Origin: an uncultured Bacteroidota bacterium
Lineage (GTDB): Bacteria > Bacteroidota > Bacteroidia > Chitinophagales > LD1
Assembly: GCA_903927935.1 (NCBI GenBank)
Contig: CAIYOV010000293.1
Span: 1-46,890 of the forward strand
Direction of reading: 5' to 3'
Length of the DNA stretch: 46,890 bases
Every line of letters begins with the position of its first letter. The stretch's first letter is position 1. Both the position numbers and the translations under genes were made by a program. Shown one piece after another: positions 1-12,500 of this stretch. The notes beneath the pieces are model-generated. The model saw nothing but the letters and a program-made list of their open reading frames with translations, did not search any database and was not told the DNA's origin.

Positions 1-228
1 GAGAATGTTGTTTTCGATTTTCCAAATGGAGTGGTCGTATAAATATTTGTAACCTATGAAAGTAACCGTCTTCAAAAAAATCCCCGAAATCTGTGAACCG
101 ATACCGCAACTGAGATTTGCAATCGCATCGTTCATACGGTAGTAACTCAGGTTTTTCATTTTGGTGATTAACAGTTCAATGCCTATGAGCAAAAAGAAAA
201 CTGGGATAGCAAAAATAATTAAGCTCAT
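1..228 (-). CDS. sterol desaturase / fatty-acid hydroxylase family membrane protein, N-terminal fragment (gene runs off the left edge)
   Basis: Manual minus-strand translation from the ATG at 228-226 gives MSLIIFAIPVFFLLIGIELLITKMKNLSYYRMNDAIANLSCGIGSQISGIFLKTVTFIGYKYLYDHSIWKIENNIL, open to position 1. The hydrophobic N-terminus followed by a Y-R-x-N-D..N-L..G stretch resembles bacterial sterol-desaturase-family proteins. It is missing from the ORF track because it is truncated. Confidence 0.5.
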   Translation of the reverse strand, partial: MSLIIFAIPVFFLLIGIELLITKMKNLSYYRMNDAIANLSCGIGSQISGIFLKTVTFIGYKYLYDHSIWKIENNIL

Positions 229-321
229 TGTTTTAAAATTTACAGGTGAAAGTAGTGAATTGTAAAACTCGTTTTAATCATTTTTCGCCTTAGAGATATT
301 TTTTACGAAGGAAGGAAATGG

Positions 322-819
322 CTAATTAACAGTGGAGACATACTTTTCTATTCTCATGCCTACACTCTTTACATAATTGAGTGGGTTCACTCGCATATCC
401 TGTGAAATCTTAAAGGTGTATTTACCTGCCTGGGGAAAAAAAGCATTATCCTGGATCGGAATAAGAATATCGCAATTGTCGCCCAAGATGTCTCCATTCC
501 AGACACCATCTGCACCTGAGAGAACAAGATTTACCCGTCTTTCATATTGTTTGCCATCGGGGAAAGTAGTTTCAATCTTCACCCAAATGTTGCGCCATTC
601 AAAATTAAAACCGTGGCGCAGACTTACATAAATATTGTAATGCTGAACTGTATCGGTAATTTCTGCTGTAAAGGTTTTTGCATCAGTATAATCCCACTTG
701 TCGTTTGCGATGGATTGATGTGATTCCATCACCACCTTTTTATCACAGGAGGAAAACAACAATGAGCAAATGACTAAATAAGTAAATGAGTAAAGGGAAA
801 ATTTATAGCACAGCTTCAT
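322..819 (-). CDS. gldH: gliding motility lipoprotein GldH
   Basis: 165 aa with a signal peptide ending in a lipobox-like LLFSSC. It has the size and pattern of GldH (W.Y.., YNIYVSLRH..F.W.NIW, PDG, L....G.W.G). It lies directly downstream of a PSP1-domain gene, a recurrent Bacteroidota arrangement. Confidence 0.75.
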   Translation of the reverse strand: MKLCYKFSLYSFTYLVICSLLFSSCDKKVVMESHQSIANDKWDYTDAKTFTAEITDTVQHYNIYVSLRHGFNFEWRNIWVKIETTFPDGKQYERRVNLVLSGADGVWNGDILGDNCDILIPIQDNAFFPQAGKYTFKISQDMRVNPLNYVKSVGMRIEKYVSTVN

Positions 820-849
820 GTGTATTCTATTGTCAAATCGTCACATTCT

Positions 850-2034
850 CTAATTCTTCTTCCGGTTATCTCCACCCTTTCCTTTTGGTTTATTCTTGTG
901 CCGGTGCTGCTGATTTCCTCCTCTGCGTTTTTTGCGTTCCTTCTCTTCCAGCGTTTGCAGCGTAACCTGACCCACTAAGTCTTCGTGTTTGCTCTCATCC
1001 ACCTTCACGGTTTCTACAATGGCAAAATCTTCCAAGCTCTTAGGTTTCTTGCCGCTTTTGTTCATGGCAATCAGTTCCTTAACATCTTCAATATCCAGTT
1101 TAAAGAAATTGCCGCGCTGAGCATCGTATTCATACCACATCTGTTTTTTCAGAATCTCGGTTTTCTTGAGCCAGGCTATTCCCTCTTCAGTTTCAATTTT
1201 ATCGGCATGTTTCGGAAACTTCTTCAGCGAGTCGTTGTAAGTATCCAGTTCGTAATTCAAACAACATTTCAAACGTCCGCATTGTCCGCTTAGTTTATCG
1301 GTGTTGATGGCTAGGTTTTGATAACGCACCGCCTGTGTGGTTACCGATTTAAAATCGTTCAGCCAGGTAGAACAACATAACTCTCTTCCGCAGGTGCCAA
1401 TGCCACCCACGCGCGCAGCTTCCTGCCGGGCACCTATCTGGCGCATTTCAATTTTTACTTTAAAATCGCGGGCATACACTTTCACCAGTTCGCGGAAATC
1501 AACTCTGCCATCTGCTGTATAGAATATTGTCACCTTCTTGTTGTCCCCCTGATATTCGATATCGCCAATTTTCATTTCAAGGTTCATCTGCCGCGCCATA
1601 GCACGCGCACGCACCATAGTGTCTTTTTCTTTGTTGCGGGCATCCAGCAGTGCATTAATATCAGTCTCAGTGGCTACGCGCAGCACATTGCGGATGGTAT
1701 CATCACGCTCTGTTACTTTGCGTTTTTTCATTTGCAGTTTCACCAATTCACCCTGCAAACTTACCTCGCCCACATCGTAACCTTGTGCAGCTTCCACCAC
1801 TACCAAGTGTCCTTTATGAAAATCGAGATTGGAGGGGTTGCGGTAAAAACCTTTGCGTGAACCCTTCTTAAAACTCACTTCTATAATGTTGAAATTCTCG
1901 TTAAACGAAATAGGCATTTCGGCAAACCAGTCCATCACATTCATGCGGTTACATCCGCCTGTGCTGCATCCTCCGGTGGTCTGGCAGCCAGCCACTATAC
2001 CGTCTTTAGCAGTGGTGCATGTTGAACATCCCAT
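850..2034 (-). CDS. PSP1 domain protein (RicT/YaaT-like, stage 0 sporulation protein homolog)
   Basis: 394 aa. Cys-rich N-terminus (GCSTC...GCQTTGGCSTGGC), PSP1-type core (IEVSFKKGSRKGFY...GDIEYQGD.KKVTIFYTADGRVDFRELVK) and a CGRLKCCLNYE motif. Lys/Arg-rich C-terminal tail. Confidence 0.85.
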   Translation of the reverse strand: MGCSTCTTAKDGIVAGCQTTGGCSTGGCNRMNVMDWFAEMPISFNENFNIIEVSFKKGSRKGFYRNPSNLDFHKGHLVVVEAAQGYDVGEVSLQGELVKLQMKKRKVTERDDTIRNVLRVATETDINALLDARNKEKDTMVRARAMARQMNLEMKIGDIEYQGDNKKVTIFYTADGRVDFRELVKVYARDFKVKIEMRQIGARQEAARVGGIGTCGRELCCSTWLNDFKSVTTQAVRYQNLAINTDKLSGQCGRLKCCLNYELDTYNDSLKKFPKHADKIETEEGIAWLKKTEILKKQMWYEYDAQRGNFFKLDIEDVKELIAMNKSGKKPKSLEDFAIVETVKVDESKHEDLVGQVTLQTLEEKERKKRRGGNQQHRHKNKPKGKGGDNRKKN

Positions 2035-2114
2035 CTTCTTTTATTTATGTTGAATCACTTTATTTTCTAAGCGGACGAAGCTAAAAGAAAAATCGAGAAA
2101 GGTTATCGCATAAA

Positions 2115-2142
2115 GAAGCCCTCCGAAAAATCGGAGGGCTTC
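2115..2142 (-). terminator. hairpin downstream of the 1265-aa surface-protein gene
   Basis: GAAGCCCTCCGA-AAAA-TCGGAGGGCTTC forms a perfect 12-bp stem about 40 nt past the stop at 2181. The T tract is weak on the minus strand (TTTAT) and stronger on the plus strand. Confidence 0.5.
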
Positions 2143-2180
2143 TTTGTTTTGTCTCTCAAATCTTCTTTAGAGGTTTGGGT

Positions 2181-5100
2181 TTATCTCACCAAAGTAATCG
2201 TTCCGCTCTTATCTTCCGTAGTACTATTATAGAACAAAACTTTCAGCTGATAAACATAAGTATCGTAAGGCATGGCCTTGCCACCTTTCTTTCCGTCCCA
2301 CGCATCGCCATTATTTAAAAGCCCGTTGTGTTGTGCGGCATTATAATAAACGCGCTCGCCCCAACGGTCGAACACAGAAACCTCAATGGTGTTGGCACCC
2401 AAAATGTTCACTTCAAAATAATCATTGAGTCCATCTGCATTTGGTGTAAACGCAGTAGGAATAAAGTATTCCACTTTGTTTTTTACAATCACCGTTATCG
2501 AATCATAGCTGCTGCAATTTCTTCCATCGGTAGCAGTTAAAAAATACATAAACGTTGTATCAGGAGTAGCGTTGGTGCTTTGGCAAGCCGTACAGCTCAA
2601 ATGATTATCAGGCGACCATAAATAACCGGTAATGCCGTTCACCGAAGAAGCTGTTCCGTTCAAAGTAACTGTTTGTCCACGCACCGAAACTAAATCAGGT
2701 CCTGCATCTACAAAAATAGAAGTAGGCTCGCTAATGGTAAAGTTCTGCGAACCAAAACAACCGTTGTTATCCTGCGCAATAGCCGTGTATTCACCTGCTG
2801 CTAAACCGGTAAGCAAGCTGTCTGGCTGGTAAACATTATTTAATGAATACTGATAAGGAGCACTTCCACCCGAGGCGTAAATCAGCACTGTTCCGTCATT
2901 GCCGTTAAAACAGGTTACGCTATCTGGAACCGTACTCACCACAACCGGTGTAGGGTCAGTAAGCAGAACGCTGTTGGTACTGGTACAACTGTTGCCATCG
3001 GTAATAGTTACGGTGTAAGTAACATTACCTAAAAGATTGACTCCCATCACCCCGCTTTGAGCAGGAACTGTGCTCCATGCATAAGTATAAGGAGGCATGC
3101 CGCCACCCGCACTTACAATTGCAAAGCCTGTAGCTTTCCCATGGCAATCAGGATTATTACCTGCAACCGATGAAATTAAATCAGGTGGACTTGGAACGGT
3201 GTACGATTCTGAATGGCTGCATCCGTTAAGGTCAGTTATAGTAACCTGGTAATTACCTTTAGTTACACCAATTAAATTTTGGCCGACTCCACTGTTTGAC
3301 CATACATAATTGTAACCGGGTGTAGCGCCTGTAACTGTAATATATACAGCACCATCGGCAGAACTGAAACACTTGGCTGGTATAATACTATCGCTTACAG
3401 CAAACGGATCAGGCTCAGTTACCTGCACATTAGTAACAAAACTGCAACCGTTGCTATCAGTCACGGTAACTACATATAGACCTTCCGTCAAGTTAGTAAT
3501 GCTGGGAAGCTGTTGAGCAGTGCTCCATAAATAGGTATAAGGTGGCGTTCCTCCTGCAACGGTTGCGGAAGCTGTTGCAACCGAAGTATTCGGGCAAATA
3601 ACTCCTGTTACTGAGGTAGTAACACTTAATGGCGAAGCCGGTTGAGTGATAGTGTAGGCGGCCGAAGTAGAACATCCTGCAAAATCGGTAACGGTTAATG
3701 AATAATTACCGGAACTAATGCCGTATACATCTTCACCGGTGTAGCTGTTGCTCCACGAATAAGAATAAGCCGGAATTCCGCCATTTACAGTAATATCTAA
3801 ACCACCACTCGATTGGCCGAAGCACGAAACATTTATCTGATGCTCTAAAGACAGAACCAATTGATTGTTCTGGCCAATAGTTCCGCTGGTGGAAGCCGTA
3901 CAACCTGCCCCATCAGTAACCACAACTGAATAATTTCCCGCAACAACATTTGCAAGGTTTTGGGCAACGGAACTGTTCGACCACAAGTAAGAATAAGTTC
4001 CATCGCCACCGGTTGCTGTCATATTGATAGCACCGGTGCTGTCACCAAAGCAATGTACATTAACTACTGAAGTAACGGTTGCCGTCAGAACAGGTCTTTC
4101 AATAATAGTAACCGATACACCATCAGTACAGCCATTCGCATCTTTAGCAATAACGGTATAAACACCGCCCGATAATCCGTTGAATGTAGGACTTGCCTGA
4201 TAAGTGTTGGCGCCATCAATTGAATATTGATAAGGAGCTAATCCGCCTGTTTGCGTAATAGTTACTGAACCATCGGCTCCGCCATGACAACTAACATCTG
4301 TTTGACTAAGCACGCTTGCAACAAGTGAATAAGTATTTCCAACAGTGGCAGTAGTAGAAGCCGTGCAGCCGTTTACATCCGAAACGAGGATAGTGTAGTT
4401 CCCCGATCCAACATTTGTAAAAGTTGAGTTAGGAAAGAATGGTCCATTGTTTAATGAAAAAGTGTAAGGTGAAGTTCCACCCGTTGCTGCTACGGTAATA
4501 GTTCCGTTGGTAGTAGTAGCACAACTTGAATTGGTGGCTGTAGTAGTTGCCGCAACCGGAACGGGTTGTGAAATAACCACCGGATTTCCGAGGAAAGGAT
4601 AGGAGCAATTGTTCGCATCTTTCACTACAATATTGTAGCTGCCTGCTGACAGATTGGCAAATATTGAACTTGGCTGATAAGTGCTTCCATTATTTATAGA
4701 GTAAGTAAGGTTGCCTGAGCCACCACCTGCAAAAATATCTATACGGCCGGTACTGCTCCCATTACAACTCGCATCTACTTTGTTTACGAAAATACTAACC
4801 GGATTCGGCTGGTTAAGAATAACCGAGTTGCCGGAATAAATAACATTGCAACCGCTGGCATCTTTTACCCATATATTATAAAACCCTGCAGCCAGATTGC
4901 TGAACACATTTGATGTTTGCCAGGTAGCTCCTGCATTGTCAGAATATTGCAAAGCACCGTTTCCTCCGTTAGCATTTACTGTTATGCTTCCGTTTGATGA
5001 GCCATAACAGGCCGGGTCTACCTTGGTAACACTTACAATATTTGGTTGGCCTACGGTTATCGTATATAAGCGATAGCTCAGACTTTCGCACGCACCGTTA

Positions 5101-5978
5101 GCTGTATGAACCCTAAAAGTTGTGGTAGTTCCTACAAAAGGCGTAATCTGCGAACCGGATCCTACTAATATGTTGGTAGCATTGTTATACCAGTGATAAT
5201 CGCCACCGAAAACCGCACCGTTTGTTTGCAGGGTTACTAAGCCCGGCTGACATAAAACGTTTGCTGTCGAAACAACAGCATCAGGAATCGGTGGTGTCCA
5301 ACTGGCAAGCACTTCTGCTCCAATGTCTCCGGTTCCGCAACCGGATGAAAAATAATCACCTACCCAGCCGTTGCCAACCGTTGGGGGTGAAAACAAACCA
5401 AGGCAAGGAGCCACTACGCGATAATTAATTGTGCTATTGATAATTTGAGGACCGCACTCGTTATCTTCTGCGGAACAACCGCAAAGTATATTGCCGCTGC
5501 AGCCGCAACCATGGTCGTTTATATAAGAACTGCACTGGTCGCAGGACCAGGTAAATGTGCCGGTAGAGCGATAGCAATCGTAACAATCATCTTCCCAACC
5601 TTCGCCCTGCAATTGAAAATATTGGGGAACAGCCTGGGGTGTAGAACCTATAGTGCCGTAAGTATAATTAAGCAGGTTTACATCTTGTGAGTTTATCCAC
5701 CCCACACTGGTAGTATTTGATCCTATGGTAGTTCCTCCTACAAAGCCCTGGCCGTCTAAGTTGGCATTGTCAGCTCCCCACCATCTCCAGCGGAATTCCA
5801 AATCGCCTAATTCGTTCGGGAAAACTATGCCATTAACATAAGAATACCCAACTGCCATTTTCAGGTTCATGGCACCGTCATTATATGTTTGAGCGGTAAC
5901 GTTGACAGAAGTATATATGGCAAACAACAGCAAAACTGTTTTTGCAAAATGTGCGTGTAATTTTTTAATCATTCTCAT
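2181..5978 (-). CDS. large cell-surface protein: Cys-rich N-terminal domain, about ten SprB-type repeats, T9SS type B (gliding motility-associated, CHU_C) C-terminal sorting domain
   Basis: 1265 aa with a signal peptide (LLLFAIYTSVNVTAQ). Repeated modules fit C.G..(D/N)G.(I/V).V...GG..PY.Y.WS. The C-terminus reads FIPTAFTPNADGLNDYFEV....VSVFDRWGERVY....DGK..GK..P.DTYVYQL, typical of the type B sorting domain. Confidence 0.85.
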   Translation of the reverse strand: MRMIKKLHAHFAKTVLLLFAIYTSVNVTAQTYNDGAMNLKMAVGYSYVNGIVFPNELGDLEFRWRWWGADNANLDGQGFVGGTTIGSNTTSVGWINSQDVNLLNYTYGTIGSTPQAVPQYFQLQGEGWEDDCYDCYRSTGTFTWSCDQCSSYINDHGCGCSGNILCGCSAEDNECGPQIINSTINYRVVAPCLGLFSPPTVGNGWVGDYFSSGCGTGDIGAEVLASWTPPIPDAVVSTANVLCQPGLVTLQTNGAVFGGDYHWYNNATNILVGSGSQITPFVGTTTTFRVHTANGACESLSYRLYTITVGQPNIVSVTKVDPACYGSSNGSITVNANGGNGALQYSDNAGATWQTSNVFSNLAAGFYNIWVKDASGCNVIYSGNSVILNQPNPVSIFVNKVDASCNGSSTGRIDIFAGGGSGNLTYSINNGSTYQPSSIFANLSAGSYNIVVKDANNCSYPFLGNPVVISQPVPVAATTTATNSSCATTTNGTITVAATGGTSPYTFSLNNGPFFPNSTFTNVGSGNYTILVSDVNGCTASTTATVGNTYSLVASVLSQTDVSCHGGADGSVTITQTGGLAPYQYSIDGANTYQASPTFNGLSGGVYTVIAKDANGCTDGVSVTIIERPVLTATVTSVVNVHCFGDSTGAINMTATGGDGTYSYLWSNSSVAQNLANVVAGNYSVVVTDGAGCTASTSGTIGQNNQLVLSLEHQINVSCFGQSSGGLDITVNGGIPAYSYSWSNSYTGEDVYGISSGNYSLTVTDFAGCSTSAAYTITQPASPLSVTTSVTGVICPNTSVATASATVAGGTPPYTYLWSTAQQLPSITNLTEGLYVVTVTDSNGCSFVTNVQVTEPDPFAVSDSIIPAKCFSSADGAVYITVTGATPGYNYVWSNSGVGQNLIGVTKGNYQVTITDLNGCSHSESYTVPSPPDLISSVAGNNPDCHGKATGFAIVSAGGGMPPYTYAWSTVPAQSGVMGVNLLGNVTYTVTITDGNSCTSTNSVLLTDPTPVVVSTVPDSVTCFNGNDGTVLIYASGGSAPYQYSLNNVYQPDSLLTGLAAGEYTAIAQDNNGCFGSQNFTISEPTSIFVDAGPDLVSVRGQTVTLNGTASSVNGITGYLWSPDNHLSCTACQSTNATPDTTFMYFLTATDGRNCSSYDSITVIVKNKVEYFIPTAFTPNADGLNDYFEVNILGANTIEVSVFDRWGERVYYNAAQHNGLLNNGDAWDGKKGGKAMPYDTYVYQLKVLFYNSTTEDKSGTITLVR

Positions 5979-6010
5979 GGTTTAATAATTTGTAATGCTT
6001 GGGGAATGAA

Positions 6011-6847
6011 TCAATGGTTGTCTTGTGGGTTAACAACTTTGCCATCTTTCTTTTCTTGTAATTTGGTGTTTACAATTAACCGGTAATTGGCGGCATCAAA
6101 TTCTTTAGGAAATTTATAATCCTTTCCATAAAGATGGTCGAACTCCTCTGGTTTAAAAACAAAATACCAGTTGCGTAATTCCAGCTGGTATTTGTATTCA
6201 TCCATCACGGGGTTATTGGTATTATGTTTGCCTGGCTTGCTGTAGGTAAGCGGTGAACCAATGAATTTAGGCAGGTAAGGAAGAGTAAAGTATCCTTTAT
6301 AATAAGGATTAAGCGCAGTCAGTTCAGGGGCATTCAGAAAGTGCTCGTATTCTTCGGTGTATAGACGTTGCCAGGCACCAAATTTTTCGGCATAAACCGA
6401 TAATTCCTTATCCATGTCATTCTTCAGATTAGGAAGCGGAAAGTGAGGGAATAGTTGGTTTCTTTTTACATCAGAAATATTTGAAGCTTTATACCATTGA
6501 TACATGGGGTGTGCAAAATCTTTCTTTGCTTCGGGAACCTGCACGCCTAAGGTGTTCCAGGCAATGTTCAGCTTTTTAACGGCCGGCTGGCTCGCAAAGC
6601 TGTTCCACTCAGCCTCATGGCTTTTAATAAAGGAGTTAACGTCTTCGGTTTTGTAATCTTTGTTTTTTACAACCTGATATAAATGAGGGAAATCTTTTTT
6701 CAAAGTTTCCTTATCCAGATTGGCGGTAATAAAAACTTGCTCGAAAGGAGTAGAGTTGATTTGAGCAAATAAAGAACGCGTGTTTAAAAACAGGAAAAGA
6801 AAAAGCAGCGAAAGCCATCTTCTTTTCAGAAAGTAGAGTTGCAACAT
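6011..6847 (-). CDS. hypothetical secreted protein
   Basis: 278-aa ORF with an N-terminal signal peptide (LLFLFLFLNTRSLFAQ). Rich in aromatic and Lys residues. I do not recognise a family. Confidence 0.55.
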   Translation of the reverse strand: MLQLYFLKRRWLSLLFLFLFLNTRSLFAQINSTPFEQVFITANLDKETLKKDFPHLYQVVKNKDYKTEDVNSFIKSHEAEWNSFASQPAVKKLNIAWNTLGVQVPEAKKDFAHPMYQWYKASNISDVKRNQLFPHFPLPNLKNDMDKELSVYAEKFGAWQRLYTEEYEHFLNAPELTALNPYYKGYFTLPYLPKFIGSPLTYSKPGKHNTNNPVMDEYKYQLELRNWYFVFKPEEFDHLYGKDYKFPKEFDAANYRLIVNTKLQEKKDGKVVNPQDNH

Positions 6848-7092
6848 GTGGTTAATTTTTTTTAGTGCTGCGTAAATATATCAAAGCAATTCAGATTTCC
6901 GAAAGTCAGGCTTTTTAACGTTTGGCTGAGTGTGCCTGCCTGCCCCTTACCCTGCGATTTTTTCTTTCAACAATTACCATTTTTTGGGGATAAAATAAGC
7001 TGCTTAAATCGCGGTAGGATGGGCAATTTTATTAGATTCGCGCTCGCCCCGACCCAAGCTATTTTGCGAAGGTGGGGCAATCATTTTTTTAA

Positions 7093-9081
<1,989 letters not shown>

Positions 9082-9109
9082 TTCAGTAGGCAGTAAGCAA
9101 GAAATACCA

Positions 9110-9138
9110 AGCCCTCCGAAGAATCGGGGGGCTTTTTT
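9110..9138 (+). terminator. rho-independent terminator of gyrB
   Basis: AGCCCTCCG-AAGAAT-CGGGGGGCT forms a 9-bp stem with one G-U pair, followed by TTTTTT, about 30 nt after the gyrB stop. Confidence 0.75.
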
Positions 9139-9165
9139 ATACCTTAAACATTCATTTTAACTCAA

Positions 9166-9417
9166 TAACAGGCTTGCGCGCTCGGTCGAGAGCCTTGCGA
9201 CCTATCTCAAAAGGCTTGCGCGCAACTTCAAATCGTTTGCGCGTCATTCCAAATCGTCTGCGCGTTACTTCAAATCGACTGCGCGCTAAACCAAATGCAT
9301 TGCGCGTTACTTCAAATGCTTTGCGCGTCAAGTCAAATCGTCTGCGCGTTACTTCAAACTGTCTGCGCGGCTCCGCAATCCGTCTGCGCGCCAGCTCAAC
9401 ACGACTGCGCGTTTTCG
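9166..9417. repeat. tandem array of 12 x 21-bp direct repeats, consensus CAAATCGTCTGCGCGTTACTT
   Basis: (T/C)TGCGCG recurs at 9174, 9216, 9237, 9258, 9279, 9300, 9321, 9342, 9363, 9384 and 9405, with a degenerate TTGCGA at 9195, so the period is exactly 21. Units 3-12 all start with CAA. Units 5 (9250-9270) and 9 (9334-9354) are identical. Confidence 0.9.
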
Positions 9418-9562
9418 GTGCAGCAGCAAAACTCTATGCAATTTCGGGTCCTTCTCAAGTCCCCTTCATGTGATCAAGGGGCTCACATCTTACTTCAAAG
9501 TGCACATCATGTTTTCTTTCTCTCAAATCATTCGCTTAATTTGGATTCGCAAATAAACAATC

Positions 9563-12500
9563 ATGAAGAACCTCGTCCTTGCTCTCGCACTTTTCATTTC
9601 CATTTTCAGTACACAACATACAATTGCCCAGCGCTGCGCCAGCATGGACCATTTAAAAGACCAGTTGCAGAACGACCCTGCCCTTGCCGCACGCATGCAG
9701 CAAATAGAAACCGAAACCAATCAGTTTGTTTCTTCGTACCATAATACCGGAAGCCGCGCTATTATTACCATACCTGTAGTGGTGCATGTAGTGTATAATA
9801 CAACCGCACAAAATATCAGCAACGCGCAAATACAATCGCAGATAGACCGCCTCAACCTCGACTATCATAAACTGAATACCGATATTAGTTCAGTGCCATC
9901 GGTGTGGCAAAGTTTAGTAGCCGATTACGAAGTTCAGTTTTGCCTCGCTAGCAAAGACCCGAGCGGCAATGCTACTACCGGTATCAGAAGAGTTTCTACC
10001 AGCACCACTTCTTTTTCAACCAACGATAATGTAAAGCGCACGGCCAACGGAGGCGATGATGCCTGGCCGGCAGCATCTTATTTAAACCTATGGGTGTGCA
10101 ATTTAAGCGGAGGCGTCTTGGGCTACGCGCAGTTTCCAGGTGGCGCAGCGGCTACCGATGGAGTGGTTATTACCTACACCGGTTTTGGTACCGGGGGCTC
10201 AGCTCAGGCACCTTATAACTTAGGAAGAACCGCTACGCATGAGGTTGGCCACTGGTTAAATCTATACCACATTTGGGGCGATGACGGCAGCGCCTGCTCG
10301 GGCAGCGACCAAGTGAACGATACCCCTAATCAGGGTTCGGAAAACTATGGCTGTCCTACCTTTCCGCATACAGATGCCTGCTCGGCTTCATCACCGGGTG
10401 TTATGTTTATGAACTACATGGATTACACCGATGATGCCTGTATGTATATGTTTACCAACGGGCAAAAAACACGCAGTCTGTCATTATTTAATAGCGGAGG
10501 TTCAAGAGCATCTTTGCTGAATTCGCAGGGTTGTCAGTCTATTGCCTCTCCACCGGTAGCCAATTTTACGGCAGATGTCGTGAATAGCTGCACTGGTATA
10601 ATCAGGTTTACGGATTTAAGCAGCAATGCGCCTACTTCATGGAGCTGGAATTTTGGCGATGGGCAAACTTCCACCACTCAAAACCCAACGCATTTATTTA
10701 ATGCTAACGGAACCTACACGGTTACCCTTACGGCTACCAATGGTTTTGGTTCTAACACAAAAACACTAACCAACTACATTACTGTAAGCAAACCGGCAGC
10801 ACCGTCAGCCAGCGATGCATCGCACTGCGGCTCGGGAACCTTTTCGCTTACCACTTCCAGCACCAATCCCGTAGCGTGGTTAGATTCGAACGGCACTAAA
10901 GTTTCATCGGCTAATCCTTTTGTTACACCGGTGCTTACACACACCACCACTTACTGGCTGCAGGATACTGTGGGTGGCACGCAATATCATGTAGGTCCTG
11001 CAACCAACTCAGGCAGCGGTGGATATTTGAACAGCAACTGGTCGCTTATTTTTAATGTAAACACAGCTTGTGTTTTGCAGTCGGTTTATGTGTATGCCAA
11101 TGGTGCTGGCAACCGCACCTTTGAATTACGAAATTCAGGAGGAACTGTACTACAGTCGTTAACCGTTAATGTTCCTACCGGAGCAAGTCGCGTTACACTA
11201 AACTTTAATCTGACTACCGGTACCGGTTTTCAACTCGGTTTCGCCATCGGAAGCACCATCAATCTGTATAGAAATAATGCAGGTATGGCTTATCCTTATA
11301 CAGATGCCGGTGGTTACGTAAACATAACCGGTAACAATGCCACCAACGCAACTTCCTACTACTACTATTGCTATGACTGGATTTTACAGGGAACCGGATG
11401 TGTATCGCAGCGCAAAGCGGTGACTGCTGTAGTAAGTGCGGGGTTAAATGCAGCGACTACGGTAACTAACGCTACCTGTGGTTCAAGCAACGGAAATGCC
11501 ACCGTAACTATTACGGGTGGAACGCCTAACTATACCTACAACTGGAGTACCGGAGGAACCGGTCCTTCAGTTTCTAATTTAACTGCGGCCACTTATACCG
11601 TTACCGTAAACGATGCAAACAGTTGCTCCGGTACCGCTACGGCTATTGTGGCTAATTCTTCTTCTCTGGTATCTGCAAAATCATCTACTGATATCACCTG
11701 CTTTGGCGGCAATAACGGAACGGCCTCAGTAAACGTAACCAGCGGAACACCCAACTATACTTATTTGTGGAGTAACCTGGCAAACACCTCTGCAGTGAGT
11801 AATCTAACCGCAGGAAATTATTCTGTCACCATTACCGATGGCAGCAACTGCCAGCATGTTGATTCATTTACACTTACTCAGCCGGCTGATATGACCATTC
11901 AGGTAACTACCAACAGTGCGCATTGCAATGGGCAGGCAACCGGAATGGCGAATGCAACAGCTACCGGTGGTAATTCCGGCTTCATTTTCAATTGGTCTAA
12001 CAGCACGAGCGGACCATCTAATATTAATCTTGCTGCTGGAAATTATGCAGTTACGGTTACCGATGCAAACAGCTGTTCATCCTCATCTACATTTATTATT
12101 GATGAACCTACCGCCATTACCATGAACACCACTTCAACATCGGTAAGTTGTTTTGGTGAGAATAACGGAACCGCAAATGTGATTCCATCAGGTGGTGTCG
12201 GCAACTTCACCTATTCATGGTGCAACGGAAATACCACACACAATGCTTCGAATCTAAGTGCAGGCAATTGTACAGTAACGGTTACAGATGATAATGCCTG
12301 CACCGCAACGGCCAGTGTAACTGTTCAGCAGCCTGCTCAAATTCAAATTACCACTTCAACAACTAACGGCAATGCTTCGGTCGATACGGTTACCGGAGGA
12401 GCATCACCTTTCACATATGTGTGGAGCAACGGACAGACTACCCAAGATATAACAGGACTACTTTCGGGAAATTATGTGGTAACGGTAACCGATAATAATG

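Noticed and set aside
9166-9417. Possible CRISPR array
   Set aside because: The units are contiguous with no unique spacers, the period of 21 nt is too short, and no cas genes or leader are present. The same reasoning applies to 36822-37073.
9174-9744. ORFs 9174..9473 (99 aa, LRVTSNR heptads, TTG start) and 9295..9744 (149 aa) overlapping the 21-bp array
   Set aside because: Several frames stay open only because the 21-nt unit has no stop codons and its period is a multiple of 3. The starts are non-canonical or arbitrary, the composition is Arg/Cys-dominated low complexity, and the second ORF runs into the well-supported protease gene. I kept a decayed coding relic as an alternative explanation in the finding.
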